From a bacterium (lineage in GTDB: Bacteria > Patescibacteriota > Minisyncoccia > Phycocordibacterales > Zambryskibacteraceae), in the NCBI GenBank assembly GCA_023266935.1, contig JAHFOF010000001.1, forward strand, positions 103,830 to 147,750: 43,921 nt of DNA, in the 5' to 3' direction. Positions within the stretch are counted from its first letter, which is position 1, and each line of letters begins with the position of its first letter. Positions 28,158 through 38,113 of the stretch are shown in pieces. The translations under genes were made by a program, and so were the position numbers. The notes under the pieces were generated by a model. It saw nothing but the letters and a program-made list of their open reading frames with translations. It was not told the origin of the DNA and made no database searches.

Positions 28158-29415
28158 AACGAAAACATTTTTTATAATATTTTTCCTCCTTGTGTTCCCA
28201 AGTTTTCTTCAAGCCCTAGATGTTTCTCGATTCATTTTTACTACTGATTCACAAACAATTTCTCCGAACACCTTGTCTTCTATAATGACGATTCAATCCC
28301 AAGATAGTTCAGGAACGGGGGTGGATATTCCTAATACTATGTATGTGAGTCTCAACTCATCATCAGCGACTGGTGAATTTTTCTCTAACACTTCTGGTTC
28401 GATATTGTCTCTACCAGTTACTATGGCCAAAAACTCACAGAATAAAAATTTTTATTATCAGGATTCAGCTCTGGGTACCCATACTATTCAAGCCAGTATC
28501 TCTTCGGTTAAGGGTGGTACTATTCTTTTTTCTACTCAGCAACAGATTGTCATTGGTGAAAGTATTGCGACTGCCACACCTTCCACCATAAACCAAACAT
28601 CAAATAATACCGAACAAAATTCTTCAAACAATACGACAGCTCCGATAAATGATAATTCTGTTCATTATAGTTCCGTGCCTCTTTCAAATGTTATCGTTCA
28701 GCCTGTATACAAAGTTGGAGCAGGGAGAACAAGAGTTGGGATAGTTGAAACCCCGATAGAATTCAAAGGCGAATCGAATGCAGATTTTAGTGGGCAGACC
28801 ATTTATAAGTGGTCTTTCGGTGATGGGGCCGTAGGTTATGGTCACATAATTAGTCACGCATATGACTATCCAGGAGATTATGTTGTTGTATTAAATGCCA
28901 CATCTCCAGCCGGACAAGCTGTGTCCCAAACAGATGTAAAAATCATTTTTGCAGATTTTACTATTACTTATGCATCTCCAGAAAGAATAGAAGTAGAAAA
29001 TAAATCTAAATATGAGATAAATCTTTTTGGTCGGGAGCTTGTTTCCAAAGGGCAAATCTTTGTTTTTCCTGAAGATACAATTATCAAGTCGGGGATGAAA
29101 ATATCCTTCACCAGAAATATCACCAAACTTTCACCCACGAATATTTCGGAGGTCAGCTTTGTGGTAGTGGGGGACAATATAAATAAATCAGATGAGGAGA
29201 AAACAAAAATTAGTTTGTCTAATCAAATTCAAGAATTACAAAAAGAAATAGCCGAGTTACCAACAGAAAGGATTTCTGTTCCAACCACGTCATCTCAGAA
29301 CAAAGAGATCGCTTCGGTTGTTGTGGCTTCTAAATTTTTATCCACCAGCACAGCAACTACTCATCGAAGTTGGTTTGAAAAATTAAAACTTTTCTTTTTT
29401 GGTAAAAGCGAGTAG
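28144..29415 (+). CDS. Secreted PKD-domain protein
   Basis: Signal peptide; YKWSFGDG...HAYDYPGDYVVVL PKD motif. Confidence 0.8.
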   Translation: MLADRTKTFFIIFFLLVFPSFLQALDVSRFIFTTDSQTISPNTLSSIMTIQSQDSSGTGVDIPNTMYVSLNSSSATGEFFSNTSGSILSLPVTMAKNSQNKNFYYQDSALGTHTIQASISSVKGGTILFSTQQQIVIGESIATATPSTINQTSNNTEQNSSNNTTAPINDNSVHYSSVPLSNVIVQPVYKVGAGRTRVGIVETPIEFKGESNADFSGQTIYKWSFGDGAVGYGHIISHAYDYPGDYVVVLNATSPAGQAVSQTDVKIIFADFTITYASPERIEVENKSKYEINLFGRELVSKGQIFVFPEDTIIKSGMKISFTRNITKLSPTNISEVSFVVVGDNINKSDEEKTKISLSNQIQELQKEIAELPTERISVPTTSSQNKEIASVVVASKFLSTSTATTHRSWFEKLKLFFFGKSE

Positions 29416-29442
29416 GGTAGAGCGCGGACCGCACAACAGTTT

Positions 29443-29725
29443 ATGTCTATCACCAGAGAGGCTAAGGGCAATGAGGCACATCTTGGATGACGGATCGTGG
29501 TTGTTGTTTGTTGATCGAGATGATGATCGGAGAGAAGAGTTAGAAAATTTTCTTCGAGACAACGGCATCGTTATTCATGTTCGGTATCTCAGAGAGTTTG
29601 GTCGCCCAGAACTCCGTTTTGATAGAACCGAAAGGATAGAAGGAGCTTTCGAGATTATGGAGTTTCTGACAAAGAAGCTCGATGAACAAAACAAGATACG
29701 CCAACAGACGCGAGGTGTAAGATGA
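29443..29725 (+). CDS. Hypothetical protein (start uncertain: 29399/29443/29471)
   Basis: ORF coupled to the next gene by an ATGA overlap. Confidence 0.55.
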
Positions 29726-29949
29726 AAATTTTTCAGCTCACTTACAATCCAGCAGACAAAGAAACAGACTGGGTTGTATTGTTCATTAGAGAATACTGTC
29801 CAACAGTTTGTCTCAATCCGGCAAATGGAAGGGTGTTGCCTAGACTCGAGATTTCCGATGAAGAAAGTATTTTCGGGGAGTATGAAATTGTAGACTTCCT
29901 GAAGAAAGAAATGGTGAGGTGTGGCTCATCACACCCCGCGCCCAGTTGA
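29722..29949 (+). CDS. Hypothetical protein
   Basis: 75-aa ORF, ATGA-coupled, followed by a GCGCCCA/TGGGCGC hairpin plus T-tract. Confidence 0.6.
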   Translation: MKIFQLTYNPADKETDWVVLFIREYCPTVCLNPANGRVLPRLEISDEESIFGEYEIVDFLKKEMVRCGSSHPAPS

Positions 29950-30002
29950 TGGGCGCTTTTTATACCCACATTATCCCCAAAAGTGCCTAAATATAGCCTT
30001 AG

Positions 30003-30031
30003 TTGACATAAAATAGTCCTTAGTATAATAT
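30003..30031 (+). promoter_or_regulatory. rRNA unit promoter
   Basis: TTGACA-17 nt-TAATAT about 390 nt upstream of 23S; boxA-like GAACTTTGACAA near 30170. Confidence 0.65.
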
Positions 30032-30950
30032 GTTGTTTACCCAAATATGTTTATCACCTTAGTAACTTCAAAGCGGTTTAAGTAGCCACGAAGCTACTTT
30101 ATGGTCGAAAGACCCCCGCTTCGGTTCGAAGCGGGGGTCTTCATTTCTGGGTCCCGCAAAATGCGGGGTGAACTTTGACAAAATTAATTCCGTCACAGAT
30201 GAAGTACCTATAAAAGTGGGTCTTTTCGAATCTGGAGACGGGGAAGTCTCGAGCCGTTGATTTAAGTTGAACGACTCGAGACAATGCTAAATGAAAGTAT
30301 TGATTTCATTTAGCAGGACAGAGCAGAGTCAACTCAATAACTCGGACGGGTTATTGAGCACTCAAAGAAATTAAGTAAACCCCGCCAAGGAGGCGGGGTA
30401 AAGTGGTTTTTAAATTTCCTAATAGGAAATTTAAGGGCGTATGGTGGATGCCTTGACTCCAATGAGGTTATGAAGGACGCAGCATGGCGGCGAAACGCTT
30501 CGGGGAGGTGCCTAGCAACCTTTGATCCGGAGATGTCCGAATGGGGAAACCCGGTGTCTTTTGACATCATCTCGCCAATTAGGCGGGAAACTCACCCAGT
30601 GAAGTAAAACATTTCAGTAACTGGAGGAAAAGAAAACAATAGTTATTTCCTAAGTAGCGGCGAGCGAAAAGGAAGAAGCCCAAACCCAGTTTCATTCTCA
30701 CCACAGAATTTATTCTGTTGTGGGATTGATGCTGGGGGTTGTAAGGCAGAAACGGCACAAATTTATTTGTGCGGAAAGTTAAAAAATGTTTGGTTAGCAG
30801 AAGCTTTTGGAAAGTAGCACCCAAGTGGGTAATAGTCCCGTAAGCGAAAATCAAACATCTTTCTCGTTTCTGTTCTTGAGTACCTCGAGACACGAATGGC
30901 TCGGGGGAATCTGCCGGAACTAACCGGTAAGGCTAAATACTCTTGGAGAT

Positions 30951-30989
<39 letters not shown>

Positions 30990-32228
30990 GCCCGGTAAGG
31001 GCGGTGAAATAGATCTGAAACCATATGTTTACAAGGAGTCGGCGAGGGTATTTATATCCTCTACGGCGTGCCTATTGAAGAATGAGCCAACGAGTTTATG
31101 CATACTGCGCGGCTAAGCCCCAATAAAGGGTGGAGCCATAGGGAAACCGAGTGTGAATAGCGCGTTTGTAGTATGCATAAGACCCGAAGCCAGAGCGAGC
31201 TTGTCATGAGCAGGGTGAAGTTTGTCGAAAGACAGATGGAGGCCCGAACCGGTGACCCGTGCAATAGTCTCGGATGACTTGTGATAAGAAGTGAAAAGCT
31301 AATCGAGCCTGGTAATAGCTGGTTCTCTCCGAAATAGCTTTTGGGCTAGCGTCGCGTGTTCCCCACTGGGGTAGAGCACTGGAAGGTCTGGACAGGGAGA
31401 AATCTCGCTAGACCTATCAAACTCCGAATACAGTGGATTAAAAATGCGGCAGTTAGACTGCGGGGGCTAAGCTCCGTCGGTCAAAAAGGAAACAGCCTAG
31501 ATCTCAATTTAAGGTCCCTAAATTTACACTAAGTGCACTTAAGGAGGTGATATTTCTCTGACACTGAGGAAGTTGGCTTAGAAGCAGCCATCTTTTAAAG
31601 AAAGCGTAACAGCTCACTCAGTAAGAGATATCGCACCGCAGATTCATGGGGCTAAGTGTAGTACCGAAACTGAGGATTTAATTCTGCTTCGGCAGGATTG
31701 AGTGGTAGGAGAGTATTCGCATCTGCTGTGAAGGCGAAGGGGTGACCCACGCTGGAGCGTTGCGAAGTAAGAATGTTGGCACAAGTAACCACAATGCGGG
31801 TGAGAAACCCGCACGTCGAAAGAACAAGGTTTCCCTCTCAACGATTGTCGGAGAGGGGTTAGTCGGGCCTAAGGAAATGGTGAGAACCGCATCCGATGGA
31901 CACATGGTTAATATTCCATGACTGTTTACGTAAGTGATGGGAGGACGAGGATAAGTATGTATCGCGCATTATTGGATTTGACGTCCGTGCATTGAGGTCG
32001 CTTCCGTGGAAAATCCCGGGGCACAAGACCAAGGTGAGCGGAAATGCTGAAGGGCAACCTTCAGTAAATGATACAAAGCTATTCTCCAAGAAAATTCTCT
32101 AAACTTATTGCGTAGACATCCGTACCGCAAACCGAAACAGGTGTTCAGGTCGAGTAGACCAAGACGAACGAGTGAGACGTCCCCAAGGAACTCGGCAAAA
32201 AAGCAGCCGTAACTTCGGAATAAGGCTT

Positions 32229-32484
32229 GCCCCCTACATTCAGCCCTTTTGGTGCTGAAATGTACAAATAGTGGGGTGGTAGCCATGGGAGAAAATGGAT
32301 CGAATCCCGATGAGAACCGTTGAACATCCTCTACACGTACGAACGAATGTACTTGTACGATGTCGCTGTGCTTCTCTCGGTCGTTGGTAAAAGGATCATC
32401 CGCCAACGCAAAAATCAAAGCCTTCTCATGGCTACCACTTCACTACCTCTTGTTGATTTAACAAGAGGGTTGAATGTAGGGGGC
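32229..32484 (+). other. Large structured insertion/intervening sequence in 23S helix 63 region
   Basis: Between GTAACTTCGGAATAAGG and CCGCAG; nested long stems 32229-32247/32466-32484 and 32269-32291/32423-32445. Confidence 0.8.
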
Positions 32485-32637
32485 CGCAGCTAAAGTATCT
32501 CTGGCAACTGTTTATCAAAAACACAGCTCCCTGCGAACTCGCAAGAGGATGTATAGGGGGTGACACCTGACCAATGCCAGAAGGTTAAACGTCGGTGGTG
32601 ATTGCCGCAAGGCATGAGCTGGATGATGTAAGCCCTG

Positions 32638-32672
<35 letters not shown>

Positions 32673-33253
32673 TCTGAAACTTTCGAAAGAAGGTTTCAGA
32701 AGGACTGGGACCGTTCGGATACGGAGTAAACAGTTGAATGAATTAAAATTACACAAAACGCTGCCTCGCTGTATAGAGATATATAGCAGGTCCAAAAATG
32801 TGACTATATCGGTGAAATCTAGAAACGGACAACACCGAGGGAAAGTTTGTGGATTTCGTTGAGGAAAAAGTTCTTTATGTTGGGTTGTGTTGGAAAGTTG
32901 CGTCGAATGGTTGGTCCGCTAGCCTACACGAGGGCGCAGAGGTACCTCCTCTGGACGCATAAAATCATTCAGTGCCGATCCTCAAAAGGGAAAGGACAGT
33001 AAATCGCGAAGCATGTAGACTATGGACCCGCAATGTCCCGGGGTACCACGGAAACATTGTCCTATAGTCAGAGTACTGACTGCGGAGACGTCACTCATGC
33101 GTGGCGAATGATTTCTTTCCAACATAATCCAAAAAGGCAACGAATACTCGTTGCCTCCTCAACGAAGTTCATAAACTACCCGTAGAGACTACACGTCACA
33201 CATCCGTATTAAATTCGGATGAAGATATAGTCCAAAGCTCCACAGGAAGCTAG
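32673..33253 (+). mobile_element. Group I intron in 23S rRNA at about E. coli position 1931, no homing endonuclease ORF
   Basis: Interrupts CCTAAGGT^AGCGAAATTCC; 5' exon ends in T and intron ends in G. P3 TGTGAC/GTCACA, P4 TCGGTG/CACCGA, P7 elements GAGACTA and AAGATATAGTCC, P8 CATCCG/CGGATG. Confidence 0.93.
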
Positions 33254-33893
33254 AGCGAAATTCCTTGTCTGGTAAGTTCAGACGCGCACGAATGGTGTAA
33301 TGACTGGAGAACTGTCTCGGGGACCTGCTCGGTGAAAATACAATACCGGTGAAGATGCCGGTTTCCTGCAGATAGACGAAAAGACCCCAGGAGCTTTACT
33401 GCAACTTGATATTGAAAATATAATTAGCATGCGTAGCATAGATGGGAGAGGTTATGTGCAAGGTTTCGGTCTTGTAATACTCAACAGTGAAATACCATTC
33501 TTGTAGATTGTATTTTCTAACCTAAACGGAAAAAACGTTTAGAGACAGTATCTGGCGGGCAGTTTTAGTGGGGCGCTATCCTCCTAAAAAGTAACGGAGG
33601 AGTCTATTAAGGTCAGCTAGGCGCGAATGGAAACCGTGCCGATAGTGTAATGGCATAAGCTGGCTTGACTGTGAGTCGTACATGACAAGCAGACGCGAAA
33701 GCGGAGCATAGTGAACTTTTAGTGCGCATTAGAGGCGGCTAAAAATTATCGGATAAAAGCTACCCTGGGGATAACAGGCTGGTTGTGCCTAAGCGTCCAT
33801 AGCGACGGCACAGTTCGGCACCTCGATGTCGGCTCAACTTATCCCGGAGGTGGAGAAGCTTCCAAGGGTATGGCTGTTCGCCATTTAAAAAGT

Positions 33894-33928
<35 letters not shown>

Positions 33929-34299
33929 TGGTCTCCTATCTACTGCAGGCGTTTGATTCTTGAGGAGATTTGACTCTAGTACGAGAGGACCGAGTTGAAC
34001 TGACCTCTGGTGTACCAGCTGTCCTGCCAAGGGCACCGCTGGGTAGCTATGTCGGGAATGGATAAATTCTGAAAGCATCTAAGAATGAAGCCAACTCCAA
34101 GATTAGGAATCGTTGAGAGCCCTAGAAGATGACTAGGTTGATAGGCTTTAGGTGTAAGCACAGTAATGTGTTGAGCCGAGAAGTACTAATTGCTCGATTC
34201 TTATTAGGAAATTTAGGAATCACAAATTTATTTTCTGTTTCTGTCCTGCTAAATGAAATCAATATAATTGTTTTTGGAATATCTTGAGTTGGGAAGTTT

Positions 34300-34374
34300 G
34301 CACCCGTAGTTTAACCGGCAAAACAACAGATGATTCATATCTGTAGAGTGGAGGTTCGAATCCTTCCGGGGGCA
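34300..34374 (+). tRNA. tRNA or pseudo-tRNA with atypical anticodon loop (identity unresolved)
   Basis: Acceptor GCACCCG/CGGGGGC, D arm GTTT/AAAC, anticodon stem ACAGA/TCTGT around 9-nt TGATTCATA, T arm GGAGG-TTCGAAT-CCTTC. Confidence 0.7.
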
Positions 34375-34451
34375 TGAAGCACCAACAAAACGGGGAATTT
34401 ATTTCCCCCTAACTCGAGGTATTTCAAAATAAAAGTTATTCGAAAATTATG

Positions 34452-34559
34452 TTCTGGTGATTCGTCGCGAGGGTCACACCCGTTCTCATTCCGAACACGG
34501 CAGTTAAGCCTCGTTGAGCCGATGATAGTCCTATGGGCAAAAGTAGGTAATCGCCGGAA
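34452..34559 (+). rRNA. rrf: 5S rRNA
   Basis: CACACCCGTTCTCATTCCGAACACGGCAGTTAAG, GCCGATGATAGT, AGTAGGT; termini pair. Confidence 0.93.
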
Positions 34560-34609
34560 CATAGCGTTTGAATATAAAAATACCCCTATTTTTGGGGTTA
34601 TTTTTATGC

Positions 34610-34638
34610 TTGACATTTATATTAAATTGTGATAACCT
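34610..34638 (+). promoter_or_regulatory. Sigma70 promoter
   Basis: TTGACA-17 nt-TAACCT. Confidence 0.6.
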
Positions 34639-34694
34639 ATTAATAGATAGGCAATACGCTTAAAGTTGTCCAACCTCTTCAAGCGAGAGTACTT

Positions 34695-35222
34695 GTGAAA
34701 ACCGTAATCGGCTTGCTTCCCAAGAGCCCATTTCCAGAAGGACGCATCGGCCCCGAAAGGATGCAGGATTGGTTTGGTCAATGTGTCCTCGCCATCAAGC
34801 TCGCAGAGGCGCTTGATGAGGAAACAGAGATCATCACCAGTTCGGAGTTTCAGACCGACGAAGGCGTGAGTGATGAGACTCAGTATGAAAAAATCATCAA
34901 GTACCGGTTCAACGAAAACCTCGGGATCCTGTCGCAAGGCAGGGAAAGCGTTGGACACATCACAGCGATGAGCGAGTACGCCAAGAAACAGCAAGCCAAG
35001 TTCATCCTGGTGGTAACGTGGGTTCACTATCCGCGCATGCTCTGGGTCGCGTTTCGCGAGCATGTGGATGTGGATCTGCGGATCGCTTTCGGCATTCCGC
35101 GACCCAAGGAGATGGTGACAGATGTGATTCTCACTTTCCTCTATCCAGTCCTTGATCTCATGGGTCTGAAGCAGAAGTTTCTGGAAAGAGTGGGTGCACG
35201 CCGGGTGACTGGCAAGTTGTAA
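34695..35222 (+). CDS. Hypothetical protein, possibly YdcF/DUF218-like
   Basis: ILVVTWVHYPRM resembles the LVTSxxHmpRa motif; GC-richer cassette. Confidence 0.55.
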   Translation: MKTVIGLLPKSPFPEGRIGPERMQDWFGQCVLAIKLAEALDEETEIITSSEFQTDEGVSDETQYEKIIKYRFNENLGILSQGRESVGHITAMSEYAKKQQAKFILVVTWVHYPRMLWVAFREHVDVDLRIAFGIPRPKEMVTDVILTFLYPVLDLMGLKQKFLERVGARRVTGKL

Positions 35223-35240
35223 CCACTCACGCGAGACTTC

Positions 35241-35274
35241 GCCCGTTCCGAGTATGATTCGGAACGGGCTTTTT
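35241..35274 (+). terminator. Intrinsic terminator
   Basis: GCCCGTTCCGA/TCGGAACGGGC stem followed by TTTTT. Confidence 0.85.
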
Positions 35275-35324
35275 GTTTGGCCGAATTTTCATAAAGATAA
35301 GTGCAAACCTGGCAGGTTGACACC

Positions 35325-35352
35325 TTGACAGAAACATTGAAAGGTGTATAAT
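35325..35352 (+). promoter_or_regulatory. Sigma70 promoter
   Basis: TTGACA-16 nt-TATAAT, with a second TTGACA at 35317. Confidence 0.7.
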
Positions 35353-35426
35353 TAAAAGCAGAAAGTGAGGGATTTTCCCTCTACCGACTCGGCGGAGCCG
35401 AGAATGTTCTATGAAAGGAGCTGACC

Positions 35427-35924
35427 GTGAACAACACGCTCAGGCAAGCACTTCGCAAAACTCGCGAACTGCGCCAACAAGTCGAGAACTTGCTTCTCGG
35501 CGATGAAGGTGATGTGTACGAAACAGAACTCAAGAAGTTTGTGGCCAGGCGACCATGCTGGGGGCCAAAGGCAAAACCGTTGGCAACCAGAGAATATCAG
35601 AAATTCGAACTCTACCTCCACGACAAGCAGAAGAATGGTGGACGGATCAATGGCTTCGACCTCGAGAATTACCTCAAGGAAACCGGCCTCATCAACCGTG
35701 CCCTCTCCCTCGAAGACGAGTTGGTCAAGGGTTGGCTTGAGAACCCACGGACCTACCCTGAGGAGCTCAAAGGCAAAGCCGTCTTCCTGTGGAAGTCCAC
35801 ACAGGACTCCGACGGCAACCGCGGGGTCGCGTGTCTCTGCTGGCTCGACGGCCGGGTGGTGGTGCGTTGGGGCTGGCTCGTCGTCGATTGGGACGGCAGC
35901 CGCCCTGCCCTTCTCGCCCCGTAG
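35427..35924 (+). CDS. Hypothetical protein, putative DGR target
   Basis: AAAGGAG SD and GTG start. The C-terminus DGNRGVACLCWLDGRVVVRWGWLVVDWDGSRPALLAP is extremely A-poor. Confidence 0.78.
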   Translation: MNNTLRQALRKTRELRQQVENLLLGDEGDVYETELKKFVARRPCWGPKAKPLATREYQKFELYLHDKQKNGGRINGFDLENYLKETGLINRALSLEDELVKGWLENPRTYPEELKGKAVFLWKSTQDSDGNRGVACLCWLDGRVVVRWGWLVVDWDGSRPALLAP

Positions 35925-35955
35925 AACGGAACAAGCAAGTTTTTGATTTTGATTC

Positions 35956-35986
35956 TCGGCTCTGCGTTCCTGCAGAGCCGATTTTT
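35956..35986 (+). terminator. Hairpin/terminator
   Basis: TCGGCTCTGC/GCAGAGCCGA stem followed by TTTTT. Confidence 0.8.
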
Positions 35987-36000
35987 GTTATAATAAGTGC

Positions 36001-36786
36001 ATGAATCAATGGTCGATTAATCGCAAGAGGTTTATTTTGTTTCTCATTATTTTAATTCTCGTTGTGCTTATCGGAGCACCAATCTTTTTCTTTTTTTATA
36101 AAGCTCCAACTTGTTTTGATAAAAAACAAAATGGTGATGAAGTTGGTGTAGATTGTGGTGGTTCGTGTTCTTTGATTTGTACGACTCAAACTCTGCCTCT
36201 GATTATGAAAGGTGATCCGCGAGTTCTCCGTGTGGCCACGAGTACTTATGAAGTGATTTCTTATATAGAAAATCCAAATGTTTCTGCAGAAATTTTACTC
36301 GCCCCTTATACCTTTAATATTTATGGTGCGAATTCTGCTGTGCCTTTGAAAACTATTTCTGGACAAACTTTTGTGCCGAAAGGATCTTCGTTTGTAGTTT
36401 TCGAAGGACCATTTAATCTCCTTGGAGACATTCCTGTTCGAACGACATTTTCTTTGGACAATAATTCTTTAGTCTGGCAGAAAAATTTAAACAACCTACC
36501 CGATTTAAAAATAAAAGATTCCACTCTTTCTAATACTGATTCTGAGCCTAGACTCGAAGCAGGACTTACTTCTTCTTCATTGGTGTCGGTTTTAAATATA
36601 GAATTAGTCGCACTTGTTTTTGATGATAAAGGGAACACAGTCGGTGCATCGAAAACTTTCATTGATAGTTTGAGGGTAGGAGAATCAGCCCCCTTGGTTT
36701 TCGTTTGGCCCGAACCTTTTGTAGGTAAACCAGCCACATTTGAGATAATCCCTCGCATTTTACCCAACAAAAGCTACATAAAATGA
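36001..36786 (+). CDS. Membrane-anchored hypothetical protein with Cys motif
   Basis: TM helix followed by PTCFDKKQNGDEVGVDCGGSC and beta-rich domains. Confidence 0.75.
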   Translation: MNQWSINRKRFILFLIILILVVLIGAPIFFFFYKAPTCFDKKQNGDEVGVDCGGSCSLICTTQTLPLIMKGDPRVLRVATSTYEVISYIENPNVSAEILLAPYTFNIYGANSAVPLKTISGQTFVPKGSSFVVFEGPFNLLGDIPVRTTFSLDNNSLVWQKNLNNLPDLKIKDSTLSNTDSEPRLEAGLTSSSLVSVLNIELVALVFDDKGNTVGASKTFIDSLRVGESAPLVFVWPEPFVGKPATFEIIPRILPNKSYIK

Positions 36787-37895
36787 GTGCTTGGAATTCT
36801 TTAAAGTCTCTAGTAATCAGGACTAAAATTGATTGGCTTTTGTTTGCTCCGGCGATTCTCATTTCGCTCGCGGGGCTTATCACTATGGACTCTTTTTCTG
36901 GGAGTCAGTATTTTTTTGTTAGACAAAGTATTTGGATTTTGATTTCAATCGTTTTGTTTTTTGTAGCCAGTACTATAGATTGGAGGTTTCTTCGTCGAAC
37001 ACGCGTGCTCGTCACTATTTTTGCCTTCGTCATTTTTCTCCTCCTCCTTCTATTCGTGGTGGGGCATGTGGCCAAGGGAGCAGAATCTTGGTTCCATCTT
37101 GGATTTTTTGCTCTTCAACCATCTGACCCGGCGAAATTCATCACTATCCTTATGTTAGCCAAATATTTTTCTCGTAGACACATCGAGATAGCAAATATTC
37201 GACACATCTTGGTTTCTGGAGCTTATGCGTTTTTTATTTTTATCCTTGTGTTTTTTGAACCAGACTTTGGTGGAGCGATGACCATTTTCTTTCTTTGGAT
37301 TGGAATGTTACTCGTGTCTGGTATTCCGAGGAGACATTTTGCTGTGGTTGCAGGGATTTGTTTGGTTCTGGTTGGATTTCTGTGGATGTTTGTTTTCAAA
37401 CCGTATCAGAAAGCACGTATCATAAATTTTATTCATCCCTTAGAAAATATTCACAGCACAGGATACAATGCATATCAATCCACCATCGCTGTAGGTTCTG
37501 GACAAATTATGGGCAAAGGCATCGGACAGGGGAGTCAATCCAAACTTCTTTTCCTTCCAGAATTTCAAACCGATTTTATCTTCGCCGCGTTTGCTGAAGA
37601 GTGGGGGTTCGTTGGTTCTGTTATTCTTTTATTAATTTTTTCTATATTACTTTTTAGAATTATAGATAATGCGAACAATGTTTCTTCGAACTTCGAAGCC
37701 CTATTTGGCCTTGGTCTCGCAGTTTTATTTATTATTCATATTCTGATTCATGTGGGGATGAATATGGGGTTTCTGCCCGTGACCGGCATCACTCTTCCAT
37801 TCATGAGTTATGGTGGATCACACCTCGTGACCGAATGGTTTGCCCTCGGTATCCTCTCTAGTATGAAAATGAATTCTCTTGGCCCGAGGGTCTAA
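36783..37895 (+). CDS. rodA: Rod shape-determining protein RodA (SEDS family)
   Basis: GAESWF, LQPSD, EPDFGGA, GYNAYQSTIAVGSG, LPEFQTDFIFA, PVTGITLPFMSYGGS. Confidence 0.92.
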   Translation: MSAWNSLKSLVIRTKIDWLLFAPAILISLAGLITMDSFSGSQYFFVRQSIWILISIVLFFVASTIDWRFLRRTRVLVTIFAFVIFLLLLLFVVGHVAKGAESWFHLGFFALQPSDPAKFITILMLAKYFSRRHIEIANIRHILVSGAYAFFIFILVFFEPDFGGAMTIFFLWIGMLLVSGIPRRHFAVVAGICLVLVGFLWMFVFKPYQKARIINFIHPLENIHSTGYNAYQSTIAVGSGQIMGKGIGQGSQSKLLFLPEFQTDFIFAAFAEEWGFVGSVILLLIFSILLFRIIDNANNVSSNFEALFGLGLAVLFIIHILIHVGMNMGFLPVTGITLPFMSYGGSHLVTEWFALGILSSMKMNSLGPRV

Positions 37896-37960
37896 CCTGC
37901 CTGCCGGCAGGCAGGAATGTCTTTATCACCGCCTCTGGCGTGACCCCGCAAAATGCGGTG
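37896..37960. repeat. Cluster of short palindromic elements
   Basis: CCTGCCTGCCGGCAGGCAGG (37896-37915), CCGCCTCTGGCG, and CCCCGCAAAATGCGG (also at 30153). Confidence 0.75.
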
Positions 37961-37987
37961 GTCTAGAGCCGTGTAATAAATATTTTC

Positions 37988-38016
37988 TTGACATTTAGTT
38001 TATTTGGACATATAAT
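37988..38016 (+). promoter_or_regulatory. Consensus sigma70 promoter
   Basis: TTGACA-17 nt-TATAAT. Confidence 0.85.
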
Positions 38017-38113
38017 ATAGGAAGGTGGGCAAGGATTTCCTTGCAACTGTTCCGGCAGGCAAAACGGAAACACGCATGGATAATGCGTGGAAGTTCTTCA
38101 AAGGAGAACGGCT

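Noticed and set aside
25876-29980. Replication origin from DnaA boxes (25876; weak matches near 29960-29980)
   Set aside because: Only one perfect box, no cluster, and no dnaA/dnaN in the window.
32306-32330. Hammerhead ribozyme core (CCGATGAG...GAAC) in the helix-63 insert
   Set aside because: It deviates from CUGANGA/GAAA and no adequate stem II can form; the segment pairs better with TTCTCTCGG.
32877-33002. 41-codon ORF inside the intron P6 extension
   Set aside because: No LAGLIDADG, GIY-YIG or HNH motif, the start is buried in a long stem, and RNA pairing explains the sequence better.
34331-34339. UGA-recoding (TCA anticodon) tRNA implying genetic code 25
   Set aside because: Loop geometry is non-canonical, and TGA is used as a normal stop (glyQS, metG, ftsK) with no in-frame TGA in conserved genes.
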